Source: an uncultured Chloroflexia bacterium | GTDB taxonomy: Bacteria > Chloroflexota > Dehalococcoidia > UBA2979 | Assembly (NCBI GenBank): GCA_963728205.1 | Contig: CAVSIV010000006.1 | Coordinates: 64,001-128,000 of the forward strand | DNA: 64,000 nucleotides | Direction of reading: 5' to 3' | In this document: positions 19,321 to 28,710 of the stretch, in pieces | Position numbering within the stretch: the stretch's first letter is position 1 | How the letters are laid out: every line of letters starts with the position of its first letter | Position numbers and translations under genes: made by a program | The notes under the pieces: generated by a model | What the model saw: only the letters and a program-made list of their open reading frames with translations | What the model was told of the DNA's origin: nothing | Databases searched by the model: none

Positions 19321-21114
19321 ATGGACCGCTTCGGCTACTGGAACAAGATCCTGCACGTCGACCTCACCGCGCGGATGACCACCATCGAGGAGCCGGGCGA
19401 CGCCTTCTACCGCCGCTACGGCGGCGGCCGCGGCTTCATCGCGCACTACCTGCTCCGGGACGTCCCCGCCGGCGCCGACCCGCTTGGCCCGCAGAACGTG
19501 CTCGTCTTCGCGCCGGGCGTGCTCACCGGCGCGCCGGTGCCCGGCGCGGGCCGCCACAGCGTCGGCGCGAAGTCGCCGCTCAACGACGGCTTCGGCGAGG
19601 CGGAGGCCGGCGGCTTCTGGGGCGCGGAGCTGAAGCGCGCCGGGTGGGACGCGATCGTCGTCCGCGGCGTCTCGCCGCAGCCGGTCTACCTCTGGATCAA
19701 CGAGGGCGACGTCGAGATCCGCGACGCCGGCCACCTCTGGGGCAAGATCACCGGCGACGTCGAGGAGGCCGTCCGCGCGGAGCTCGGCGACCCGCGCGTG
19801 CGCGTCGCGCAGATCGGCCCGGCCGGCGAGCACCTCGTCCGCTTCGCCAACATCGCCAACGACCTCAACGAGTTCGCCGGCCGCACCGGGCTCGGCGCCG
19901 TGATGGGGTCGAAGCGGTTAAAGGCGATTGCCGTGCGCGGGAAGACGCCCGTGCCGCTCGCCGACCAGCCCGCGCTGCTCAAGGTGTCGAAGTGGGTGAG
20001 CGCGACCGTCGACGACGTGCACCGCGGCTTCCACGAATACGGCACCGGCGGTGCGATGCAGGGCAAGAGCCTCGCCGGCGGCATGCCGACGCTGAACTAC
20101 CGCATGGGCGAGTTCGACGACATCGACAAGGTCGACGCGGTGGCGGTGAAGGAGCAGGTCGGCATCGAGATGGGCGCGTGCTACGCGTGCTCGGTGCGCT
20201 GCAAGAAGGTCGTGCAGATCGAGCAGCGGCAGGAGGACGCCGGCGTCACCCGCAAGGGCAAGCCGATCGCGTTCGACCCGCAGGGCCGCTACCGCGTCGA
20301 CCCGAAGTACGGCGGGCCCGAGTACGAGTCGCTGGCGTCGCTCGGGCCGAACCTCGGGGTCAATGACATCGTGGCCGTGTGCAAGTCGAACGAGGTGTGC
20401 AACTACCTCGGCATGGACACCATCTCGGCGGGCGCGACCATCGCCTGGGCGATGGAGTGCTACGAGAAGGGCGTGATCACCGTCGAGGACACCGACGGCA
20501 TGAAGCTGCAGTTCAGCGACGGCGACGCGGTCGTGCAGATGCTGCAGCTGATCGCGAACCGCGACGGCTTCGGCGACGTCCTCGCCGAGGGCTCGGAGCG
20601 CGCCGCCGCGCGGCTCGGCCTCGGCTCCGACGCCTTCCTCACCACGGTGAAGGGCATGGAGATGGCGATGCACGACCCGCGCCACATGGCGCCGATGCAG
20701 GCCAGCTACCTGCTCGCGCCGACGGGCGGCGATCACATGCGCCAGACCGGCGACAAGAACGGGCTGCGCAACCAGGTCGGCATGTGCCACTTCCTCGCCT
20801 ACGACGAGGCGCAGACCGCGGACATCCTGAACGCGGTGACGGGCTGGGGCGTGACGCAGGAGGAGATGGTGACGATGGCGCACCGCGGCCTCACGCTCGC
20901 GCGCCTCTTCAACATGCGCGAAGGCAAGACGCGCGCCGACGACCGCCTGCCGGCGCGCTTCTCGGAGGACCTGCCGAAGCACAAGGGTCTGACGCGCGAG
21001 CACCTCGAGCAGGTGGTGACCGACTACTACGTCGAGCAGGGCTGGGACCCCGACACGGGCCGGCCGACCGCCGATACGATCCGCGCGCTGGGGCTGGAGG
21101 CCGACGCGGTCTAG
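19321..21114 (+). CDS. aor: Aldehyde:ferredoxin oxidoreductase (tungstopterin family)
   Basis: ILHVDL, KSPL, GRTGLGAVMGSKRLKAI, CYACSVRC plus GMCHF Fe-S ligands, GPEYES, LGMDTIS, DDRLPARF. Confidence 0.93.
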   Translation: MDRFGYWNKILHVDLTARMTTIEEPGDAFYRRYGGGRGFIAHYLLRDVPAGADPLGPQNVLVFAPGVLTGAPVPGAGRHSVGAKSPLNDGFGEAEAGGFWGAELKRAGWDAIVVRGVSPQPVYLWINEGDVEIRDAGHLWGKITGDVEEAVRAELGDPRVRVAQIGPAGEHLVRFANIANDLNEFAGRTGLGAVMGSKRLKAIAVRGKTPVPLADQPALLKVSKWVSATVDDVHRGFHEYGTGGAMQGKSLAGGMPTLNYRMGEFDDIDKVDAVAVKEQVGIEMGACYACSVRCKKVVQIEQRQEDAGVTRKGKPIAFDPQGRYRVDPKYGGPEYESLASLGPNLGVNDIVAVCKSNEVCNYLGMDTISAGATIAWAMECYEKGVITVEDTDGMKLQFSDGDAVVQMLQLIANRDGFGDVLAEGSERAAARLGLGSDAFLTTVKGMEMAMHDPRHMAPMQASYLLAPTGGDHMRQTGDKNGLRNQVGMCHFLAYDEAQTADILNAVTGWGVTQEEMVTMAHRGLTLARLFNMREGKTRADDRLPARFSEDLPKHKGLTREHLEQVVTDYYVEQGWDPDTGRPTADTIRALGLEADAV

Positions 21115-21130
21115 CGCCCGTTCGCCCGTG

Positions 21131-21280
21131 GTCAAGCGGCGGCAGCATGCCGCCGATGCCAGCGCGGCCCGCGACCGCGACCGGGTCGGCGGCATGCTGC
21201 CGCCGCTTGACGCGGCCGATCACGGCCGCCGCAAGGGCGCAACCCACAGCGGCGCGCGCGATATCTGCCGCCGCTGTGGG
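21131..21280. repeat. Family A REPIN plus partial copy
   Basis: 26-bp arms gtcaagcggcggcagcatgccgccga spanning 21131-21211; degenerate unit at about 21243-21280. Confidence 0.85.
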
Positions 21281-21311
21281 CGGAAGAACGCACTCGACGA
21301 AGGAGTCCCCC

Positions 21312-22178
21312 ATGCCCGCTCGCACCACCGTCGGCGTCACCGGGAAGCGCGTCCTCGCCGTCTACGGCCACCCCGACGACGAGGGCCAGGTCACCGGCAC
21401 GCTCGCCGCGTTCATCGCCGAGGGCAACGCCGTCACGCTCGTCTGCGCGACGCGCGGCGAGGTCGGCGAGATCAGCGACCCGGCGCTGTCGACGCCCGAC
21501 ACGCTCTGGTACACACGCGAGTTGGAGCTGCGCGCGGCGATGGCGCAGATCGGCCTCGCCGACGTGCGCTTCCTCGGCTTCCGCGACAGCGGCATGGCCG
21601 GCACGCCCGAGAACGACGACCCCCGCTGCTTCCACCGGCAGCCGGCGGAAACCGTGGTCCCGGCGCTCGTCGCGATCATGCGCGAGGTGCGTCCGCACTT
21701 CGTCTTCACGTGGCAGGAGGATGGCGGCTACGGCCACCCCGACCACATCGCGGCGCACCGCCACACGCTGGCGGCGTACGACGCGAGCGGGAACCCGGAG
21801 GCGTACCTCGAGGCCGGCGCGGCGTGGGCGCCCGAGCGCCTCTACTGGGGCGCGCGGATGATGGGCGGCTTCGCGCGCATCCGGCTCGAGATGGAGCGCC
21901 GCGGCCTGCTTCCCGAGCCGATCGACGACGAGACCCGCAAGCGCTTCGAGGAGATGCTGAAGCGCCCCGACCCGCCGGTCAGCGTCGTCGTCGACTGCGC
22001 GCCGTACGTGGAGGCGAAGCGCCGGGCGTCGTCGATGCACCGCAGCCAGTTCGGCGAGAACAGCATGTTCGCGCGCATCCCCGAGGACCTGCGCGCCGAG
22101 TTCTACGGCCAGGAGCGGTTCTTCCAGGCGCGCCCCGAGGGCGCGCCAGCGGGCGAGCCGGCGACGAACTTCGCGTAA
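21312..22178 (+). CDS. PIG-L family deacetylase (MshB/Mca-like)
   Basis: HPDDE, TRGEVGE, FRDSGM, GGYGHPDH, HRSQ; AAGGAG RBS. Confidence 0.92.
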   Translation: MPARTTVGVTGKRVLAVYGHPDDEGQVTGTLAAFIAEGNAVTLVCATRGEVGEISDPALSTPDTLWYTRELELRAAMAQIGLADVRFLGFRDSGMAGTPENDDPRCFHRQPAETVVPALVAIMREVRPHFVFTWQEDGGYGHPDHIAAHRHTLAAYDASGNPEAYLEAGAAWAPERLYWGARMMGGFARIRLEMERRGLLPEPIDDETRKRFEEMLKRPDPPVSVVVDCAPYVEAKRRASSMHRSQFGENSMFARIPEDLRAEFYGQERFFQARPEGAPAGEPATNFA

Positions 22179-22185
22179 CCCGGCG

Positions 22186-22210
22186 CGCGGCAGGCTTCAC
22201 GCCTGCCGTG
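22186..22210. repeat. Family B REP hairpin between convergent genes
   Basis: cgcggcaggc-ttcac-gcctgccgtg. Confidence 0.75.
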
Positions 22211-22222
22211 TTCCCGACCCCC

Positions 22223-23296
22223 TCACGCGCCCCGCGTGCCGCCAGCGCGCCGCGGTCCCAGCGCCGCCGTCACCGCCGGCATCACCTCGCGCGCGATCCG
22301 CTCCATGTAGCTCGGCCCCGCCTGCTCGCCCGGCGGCGGCGGATTCGGGACCGGGTGCGGCACCACGATGTCGAAGTCGATGCCGAGCGACAGCAAGGCC
22401 GTGAGCTGCTCCGCCACCTGCACCGTCGTGCCGCGCAGGCAGAACGCGTCGGCGACGGCCGATGGGAGGAAGTCGACGATGCGCCCCGACTCCACGAGAT
22501 CCGGGTGGTGGTGGAAGTCCGGGTGCACGCGCGGCTGCAGCTCGTGCACGTCCGGGCCGTCCCACCCGAGCCCGGCGGTCGCGAAGAGGTGCGGCGAGTA
22601 CTCGAAGTAGCCCGCCGCCATCGACTTCCCGATCAGCAGCGCTCGCCCGGGATCGTCGTCGAGCACCGTGTGGAGGACGAGTCCGAGGCGCACGTCCTCG
22701 GGCGGGCGACCGGCGTCGGAGGCGCCGGCGCGCACGGCGTCGACCGCGGCGCGCAACACCGCGGGGTGGGTGCCGGCGCGGATGAAGACGCCGTCGGCGA
22801 CGGCGCCGGCGGCGCGCAGCATGCGCGGTCCCGCCGCGGCCACCCACACGGGGACCGGCCGCGCGTGCGGCAGCCTCGCCGGGCCCTCGGCGCCCACCTC
22901 CACCGGCTCGCCCCGCAGGAGCGCGCGGATGGTGCGCGTCGCCGCCGCGAGGGTCGCGACCCGCGCCGGGCGCAGGCCGGCGAGCCGCACCGCGGTGTCG
23001 CCGATGCCGAGCCCGAGGAACGCACGCCCCTCCGCGACGGCATCGACGGTCGCGATCGACGACGCCGTCACCGTGGGGTGGCGCGTGACGGGGTTCGCCA
23101 GGAGCGGCCCGAGCCGGATGTGCGACGTCGCCCGCGCGGCGAAGGCGAGCAGGATGTACGTGTCGTGACGCCGCAGCTGGGAGTCGGGAACGAACGCGTA
23201 GTCCCAGCCGAGCCGCTCCGCCCGGGCGACGTCGGCCGCGAAGCGGTCGGGCGTGGCGAAGTCGAAGCGATTGAGGCCGAAGGCGGGGGCGGTCAT
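22223..23296 (-). CDS. LLM-class flavin/F420-dependent oxidoreductase
   Basis: AERLGWD, ATSHIRLG..NPVTRHP, GRAFLGLGIGD, AAAGPRML..AG..ADG. Confidence 0.9.
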   Translation of the reverse strand: MTAPAFGLNRFDFATPDRFAADVARAERLGWDYAFVPDSQLRRHDTYILLAFAARATSHIRLGPLLANPVTRHPTVTASSIATVDAVAEGRAFLGLGIGDTAVRLAGLRPARVATLAAATRTIRALLRGEPVEVGAEGPARLPHARPVPVWVAAAGPRMLRAAGAVADGVFIRAGTHPAVLRAAVDAVRAGASDAGRPPEDVRLGLVLHTVLDDDPGRALLIGKSMAAGYFEYSPHLFATAGLGWDGPDVHELQPRVHPDFHHHPDLVESGRIVDFLPSAVADAFCLRGTTVQVAEQLTALLSLGIDFDIVVPHPVPNPPPPGEQAGPSYMERIAREVMPAVTAALGPRRAGGTRGA

Positions 23297-23377
23297 GACG
23301 GGAAGCGTAAGCGCGGGGCGGCGCGACGTGCGTTATCTTCCCCGCGCGGGTGATTCGACGCAGCGCAGGAGGGGACC

Positions 23378-24661
23378 ATGAGCGGACCGCTCGAGGGCGT
23401 CCGGGTGCTCGAGTTCACGCAGATCATCGCGGGGCCGTTCGGCTGCCAGCACCTCGCGGACATGGGCGCCGACGTCCTCAAGATCGAACCGCCGGGCGGC
23501 GAGCCCTGGCGGCTCTACGCGCAGTTCGTGCCGTTCGAGTCGAAGACGTTCCAGTCGCTCAATCGCGGCAAGCGGTCGCTCGCCATCGACCTCGCCAGCC
23601 CCGACGCGCAGGCCATCATCCACCGACTCGTTGAGCGCATGGACGTCGTCGTCATCAACTACCGGCCCGACGTGGCGGCGCGGCTGCGCATCGACTACGA
23701 CACCCTGAGCGCGATCAAGCCCGACCTCGTCTACGTCGACAGCACGGCCTTCGGCCGGCGCGGTCCGTGGGCGAACAAGCCCGGCTACGACATCGTCGCG
23801 CAGGGCGTGTCGGGGCTGACCGCGAGCGGCGCCCGCTTCGACGAGCGCGGCGTGCCGATGCTGCCGTCGATCGGCGTGCCGACCGCGGACATCACCACGG
23901 GCTACGCGATCGCCATGGGCGTGTGCGCGGCGCTCTTCTACCGGTCGCAGACGGGGAAGGGGCAGCTCGTGCAGACGTCGCTGCTCGCGAACTCGCTGGC
24001 AAGCCAGGGCGGCACGTTCATGTCGCTGCCGCCGGCGGACGGGGCGCTGCGCACGCCGTTCCTCGATCACCTGCACGAGGCCCGCGCGCGCGGCGCGGGC
24101 TACACGGAGATCTCCGACTACCACCGCAAGCTGCAGCTCGGCCGCACGATCGGCAACATCTACTACCGCAACTACCTCACACAGGACGGCGCGCTGGCGG
24201 TCGGCTGCCTGTCGGCGTCGCTGCGCGCGAAGATGCGCGCCGCCCTCGGGATCGAGTGGGACCCGCGCGACGACGACCCCGAGTACGACCCGACCAACCC
24301 CGAGACGATCGCGTTCGCCGAGCAGCTGGTGGAGCACGTCGAGGCGATGTTCCGCGGGGCGTCGACGGCCGCGTGGGTGGAGCGCCTGGAGACGGCGGGC
24401 GTGCCCGTCGGGGAGATCGTCTTCACGGAGGAGCTCGACGTGCACCCGCAGATCGTCGAGAACGAGTACGTGATCGAGCTGAACCACGAGCTGACCGGCC
24501 CGCAGACGATGGTCGCGCCGGTGCTGCAGATGAGTGTGTCGCCGCCGCGTCCGAGCGGCGCGTCGCCGGTGCTCGGCCGCCACAACGACGAGGTGCTGTC
24601 GGAGATCGGCCTGGACGCCGCGGAGATCGCACGGCTGCGCGAGGCCGGGACGATCCGGTAG
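23378..24661 (+). CDS. CaiB/BaiF family III CoA-transferase
   Basis: PLEGVRVLE, AGP, LADMGADVLKIEPPGGE, NRGKRS, PGYD, PVLGRH. Confidence 0.93.
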   Translation: MSGPLEGVRVLEFTQIIAGPFGCQHLADMGADVLKIEPPGGEPWRLYAQFVPFESKTFQSLNRGKRSLAIDLASPDAQAIIHRLVERMDVVVINYRPDVAARLRIDYDTLSAIKPDLVYVDSTAFGRRGPWANKPGYDIVAQGVSGLTASGARFDERGVPMLPSIGVPTADITTGYAIAMGVCAALFYRSQTGKGQLVQTSLLANSLASQGGTFMSLPPADGALRTPFLDHLHEARARGAGYTEISDYHRKLQLGRTIGNIYYRNYLTQDGALAVGCLSASLRAKMRAALGIEWDPRDDDPEYDPTNPETIAFAEQLVEHVEAMFRGASTAAWVERLETAGVPVGEIVFTEELDVHPQIVENEYVIELNHELTGPQTMVAPVLQMSVSPPRPSGASPVLGRHNDEVLSEIGLDAAEIARLREAGTIR

Positions 24662-24965
24662 GCGCGGCAGGCGTCAGGCCCGCCGTGGACCAGCGCGCGG
24701 CGGAGCCTGTCCTGAGCCTCCAAGGGCTTCGGGGCTCGTCGGGAAGTCAAAGCGGCGGCAGATATGCCGCCGACAGGAGCGCGGACGCAGTCCGCGGCTG
24801 GCGCCGCGCTTCTGTCGGCGGCATATCTGCCGCCGCTTCGCACGACGCCCCACCCCTGCATGCTGACTGCCGTGGATCGCCGCGCGGCAGGCCGCGTGAG
24901 GTGGCGACCTCCTTGCTGCGGAGTCGCGGCTGCACACGGCAGGCCTGCAGCCTGCCGCGCGCCCG
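24658..24965. repeat. Composite repeat: family B REPIN interrupted by a family A element
   Basis: Ends match the reverse complement of 17185-17309; interior 24703-24838 matches 3179-3316. Confidence 0.8.
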
Positions 24966-25012
24966 CTGGTATCGTGGATCGCGTACCCCACCCGCCCACG
25001 GAGGAGCGCCCC

Positions 25013-26002
25013 ATGCCCGCCGTCACCGTCGACGACCTCCTGACGCTGCCCCGCGTCGCCGAGCCCGCGCCCGAGACGCTCGAGCGCGGCGTGCGCTCGG
25101 TCACGACCGCGCCCCAGGGCTACGAAGGCGAGGGCTTCCCCGTCCGCCGCGCCTTCCAGGGCGTCGACCTGAAGGATCTCGACCCGTTCATCCACCTCGA
25201 TCAGATGGGCGAGGTCGAGTACGCGCCGGGCGAGCCGAAGGGCACGCCGTGGCACCCGCACCGCGGCTTCGAGACCGTCACCTACATGATCGACGGCACG
25301 TTCGAGCACCAGGACTCGAACGGCGGCGGCGGCGTGATCACGAACGGCGACACGCAGTGGATGACCGCCGGCGGCGGCATCCTGCACATCGAGAAACCGC
25401 CCGAGGCGCTCGTCACGTCGGGCGGGCTCTTCCACGGGTTCCAGCTCTGGGTGAACCTGCCGGCCGCCGACAAGCTGATGCCGCCGCGCTACCAGGACCT
25501 GCGCTCGAGCGACGTCGCGCTGCTCACGTCGTCGGACGGCGGCGCGCTGATCCGCCTGATCGCCGGCAACCTCGACGGCCACCGCGGCCCCGGCATCACC
25601 CACACGCCGATCACGATGATCCACGCGACGCTCTACGCGGGCACGCGGCTGCATCTCCCGTGGCGCGAGGAGTTCAACGCGCTCGCCTACGTGCTCAACG
25701 GCCGCGGCCGCTTCGGCCCAGAGCGGCGCCCCGCCGAGATGGGCCAGCTCGTGCTCTTCGGCCCGGGCGGCGCGCTCACCGCCGAGGCCGACCGCGAGCA
25801 GGAGAGCCGCAGCCCAAACCTCGACCTGCTCATCCTCGGCGGCCGGCCGATCGGCGAGCCGGTCGCCTGGTACGGCCCCTTCGTGATGAACACGCGCGAG
25901 GAGCTCGTGAAGGCGTTCGAGGATTACCGCGCCGGCCGGCTCGGCGTGATCCCGGCGTCGGCCTTCGAGGCGCACGGCGCCGTCGGCGGCACGACCGAGT
26001 AG
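25013..26002 (+). CDS. Pirin family protein
   Basis: DPFIHLD, HPHRGFETVTY, QWMTAGGGILHIE, QLWVNLP, GPFVMN. Confidence 0.95.
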   Translation: MPAVTVDDLLTLPRVAEPAPETLERGVRSVTTAPQGYEGEGFPVRRAFQGVDLKDLDPFIHLDQMGEVEYAPGEPKGTPWHPHRGFETVTYMIDGTFEHQDSNGGGGVITNGDTQWMTAGGGILHIEKPPEALVTSGGLFHGFQLWVNLPAADKLMPPRYQDLRSSDVALLTSSDGGALIRLIAGNLDGHRGPGITHTPITMIHATLYAGTRLHLPWREEFNALAYVLNGRGRFGPERRPAEMGQLVLFGPGGALTAEADREQESRSPNLDLLILGGRPIGEPVAWYGPFVMNTREELVKAFEDYRAGRLGVIPASAFEAHGAVGGTTE

Positions 26003-26239
26003 GGCGCGCGGCGGGCAAGCCGCGCGTCGCCGTCCGCCGCCGTCGCCGAGTCCGGACAGCCGCCGGCCGCAACGCAGGCCGATGCCGCCGACACCGTCCT
26101 CGCCGAGTTCCGCCAGGCGAGGCAGCGCTACTACGCCATCGACCTCGGCATCTTCCAGTACACGATCGACGACACCGTCGCGACGGACGGCACGAACCTC
26201 AGGCGCACCATGACAGCGATGCACCTCGAGACCGCCTGA
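26003..26239 (+). pseudogene. Start-less coding-like remnant in frame with pirin
   Basis: 78 sense codons after the pirin TAG, ending ...ADTVLAEFRQARQRYYAIDLGIFQYTIDDTVATDGTNLRRTMTAMHLETA*; the second half has strongly coding codon usage. Confidence 0.4.
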
Positions 26240-26397
26240 CCCGAGCCCGCGCAGACCGTGACATCCGTACCGGTGCGAACCGGATCGCCGGACCTACCGT
26301 CCACGCGAGGGACGCGCCATCCTCGATGCACGCTCACCGCACCGAGGAGGCACCTCATGCTCGCCCCCGTCGTCATCCCACCCGCGGAGCGTCCGCG

Positions 26398-27348
26398 ATG
26401 GTGACCGCCTCGACCCCGACCCGCGCCGGCGCGCCGGCGCTCGCGCTGACCGGGCTCGCCAAGCACTTCGGCCACATACGCGCCGTCGACGGCGTCGACC
26501 TCGAAGTCGCGCGCGGCGAGACCGTCGCGCTGCTCGGCCCGAACGGCGCCGGCAAGACGACGACGATCAGCGTCGCGCTCGGCGCGCTGGACGCCGACGG
26601 CGGCGAGGCGCGCCTGTTCGGCCGGCCGCCGCGCGAGGCGGTCGCCGCCGGGCAGGTCGGTGCGATGCTGCAGGAAGGCGGCCTGCCGACCGGCGTCACG
26701 GTCGCCGAGCTCGTCGACTTCGCGCGCGCGCTCTACCCGCACTCGCTGTCGCGCGCGGAGACGCTCGCCACCGCCGGCCTCACCGGCCTGGAGGGGCACC
26801 GCGTCGACCGCCTGTCGGGCGGGCAGACGCAGCGCCTGCGCTTCGCGTTCGCGCTCGCCGGGAGCCCCGACCTGCTGGTGCTCGACGAGCCGACCGCGGC
26901 GATGGACGTGGAGTCGCGCCGCGCGTTCTGGGCGAGCATGCACGAGTACGCCGCCGGCGGCCGCACCGTCCTCTTCTCGACGCACTACCTCGAGGAGGCC
27001 GACGCCCATGCCGACCGCATCGTCGTGATCGCGCGCGGGCGGGTGGTTGCCGACGGGTCCGCGAGCGAGATCAAGCGGTCGGCGGGCACGCGCGTGGTCG
27101 CGTTCGACCTGGCCGGCTCGTCGGCCGAGGGACTGGAGCGGCTTCCCGGCGTGGCGTCCGTGGAGCGGCAGGCCGACCGCGTGACGCTGCGCACGACGGA
27201 CGCCGACCAGACCGCCGCCGCGCTGATCCTGGCGCGGGGCGCGGTGCGCAACCTGGAAGTGACCGGCGGGGGGCTCGAAGAGGCGTTCCTCTCCCTCACC
27301 CGCGAGCCGGCCGACGCCGATCCCGCCCCGACGGGAGGCGTTCGATGA
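26398..27348 (+). CDS. ABC-2 type transporter ATP-binding protein (YvfR-like)
   Basis: GPNGAGKTT, LSGGQ, LLVLDEPT, STH. Confidence 0.93.
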   Translation: MVTASTPTRAGAPALALTGLAKHFGHIRAVDGVDLEVARGETVALLGPNGAGKTTTISVALGALDADGGEARLFGRPPREAVAAGQVGAMLQEGGLPTGVTVAELVDFARALYPHSLSRAETLATAGLTGLEGHRVDRLSGGQTQRLRFAFALAGSPDLLVLDEPTAAMDVESRRAFWASMHEYAAGGRTVLFSTHYLEEADAHADRIVVIARGRVVADGSASEIKRSAGTRVVAFDLAGSSAEGLERLPGVASVERQADRVTLRTTDADQTAAALILARGAVRNLEVTGGGLEEAFLSLTREPADADPAPTGGVR

Positions 27349-28091
27349 TCCCGTACCTGAAGCTCGAGATGCGACGGATGGTCCGAGACCGCCGGTTCGT
27401 CATCTTCACCGTCGTCATGCCCGTCGTGTATTACCTGCTCTTCGCGCACCAAGCGAGCGGCAACGCGACGGGCGCGGCGCTCACGCCGCAGGGGCTCCCG
27501 CTGGCCGTGTCGTTCATGGTCGGCATGGCCGGGTTCGGCGCGCTCGCCGGGGTGCTGCTGTCGGGCGGCGGCGTCGCGGCGGACCGCACATCGGGCTGGC
27601 TGCGCCAGCTGCGCGTGACGCCGGTGCCGACGCTCGGCGTCGTCGCCGGGCGCGTGGGGGCCGGCACGCTGCTGTCGCTGCCGGGCATCCTCGCGGTGTT
27701 CGTCGTCGCCGCGACGGACCAGCACGTGCACCTCGCCGCCACGGAGTGGGTCGGCATCGCGGCGGTGCTGTGGCTCGGGCTGCTGCCGTTCGCGCCGCTC
27801 GGGCTCGCCGTCGGCTACCTCTCGACGCCGCAGTCGTCGGGGCCGACGCTCGGCTTCCTGCTCTTCGGGCTGTCGCTGCTCGGCGGCATGTGGTTCTCGC
27901 CCCAGCAGCTGCCGTCCGGGCTGCAGACGCTGGCGACGGTGCTGCCGACGAGCCACTACGCCGAGCTGGCGTGGCACGTCGCGGCAGGACGCTGGCCGGC
28001 GCCCGGCGACGTCGCGGTGCTCGCCGCGTGGCTCGCGGTGTTCGGCGCGGCCGCGACGCTCGCCTACCGGCGCGCGGTGATGACGCGCTGA
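27345..28091 (+). CDS. ABC-2 type transporter permease (YvfS-like)
   Basis: Six hydrophobic segments, DR.SGWLRQLRVTP, LLGGMW; ATGA overlap with the ATPase. Confidence 0.9.
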   Translation: MIPYLKLEMRRMVRDRRFVIFTVVMPVVYYLLFAHQASGNATGAALTPQGLPLAVSFMVGMAGFGALAGVLLSGGGVAADRTSGWLRQLRVTPVPTLGVVAGRVGAGTLLSLPGILAVFVVAATDQHVHLAATEWVGIAAVLWLGLLPFAPLGLAVGYLSTPQSSGPTLGFLLFGLSLLGGMWFSPQQLPSGLQTLATVLPTSHYAELAWHVAAGRWPAPGDVAVLAAWLAVFGAAATLAYRRAVMTR

Positions 28092-28242
28092 CCCTCCGCG
28101 CCGGGACGCGCGACCAGGGCCGGCGCGAACGCGCTCCGCGGCGGCGTACGACCCGGCCGCGCGAGGGACATCGGCGACACGTCTACCGCCGCCGGAGTCG
28201 CACGACTGCTCAACAGCCCCGCGCCGGCCGCGACCGCGCCGC

Positions 28243-28599
28243 CTATTGCCCCGCGCGGTAGAGCAGCCAGCCCGCGACGATCGGCGGCGCGAAGAGCATC
28301 AGCGCCGCGACGACGATCGCCGACGCCGACAGGTTCGCCAGCGCGAACACGAGCCATCCCGCGAACAGCGCGACGCCCGCAGCCATGAGCACCAGCCCCG
28401 TGACGTACGGGTAGCGCCACGCGGCGGCGAGCAGCACGAGCAGCACCGCCGCCTCGGGCACGTGCTGGAGCCCGCTCCAGTCACCGCCCGCGGTCTCGCC
28501 GATTGCGAACAGCAGCAGGATCGCGATCGGCACCAGCAGCAGCGCGATCGCCGCGATCTTCAGTCGTTCCGAGCCGCGTGGGCGCAGGGTCAGCGTCAT
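28243..28599 (-). CDS. Small integral membrane protein (4 TM)
   Basis: GGAGGTG RBS; four hydrophobic segments. Confidence 0.7.
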   Translation of the reverse strand: MTLTLRPRGSERLKIAAIALLLVPIAILLLFAIGETAGGDWSGLQHVPEAAVLLVLLAAAWRYPYVTGLVLMAAGVALFAGWLVFALANLSASAIVVAALMLFAPPIVAGWLLYRAGQ

Positions 28600-28710
28600 C
28601 GCGCACCTCCGCATCGAGGGCTTCGCCTCGATCCTGTGCGTGAACGAAGGCGGCGGGCAGAGGCGATGCGCACCCGTGATACGGGACGTTCGTTCGGCGG
28701 CGGCGGCGCC

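Noticed and set aside
23767-27348. 1193-aa ORF ending in an ABC ATPase
   Set aside because: Only 26398 onward is protein-like; the rest is an off-frame read of the CoA-transferase and pirin genes.
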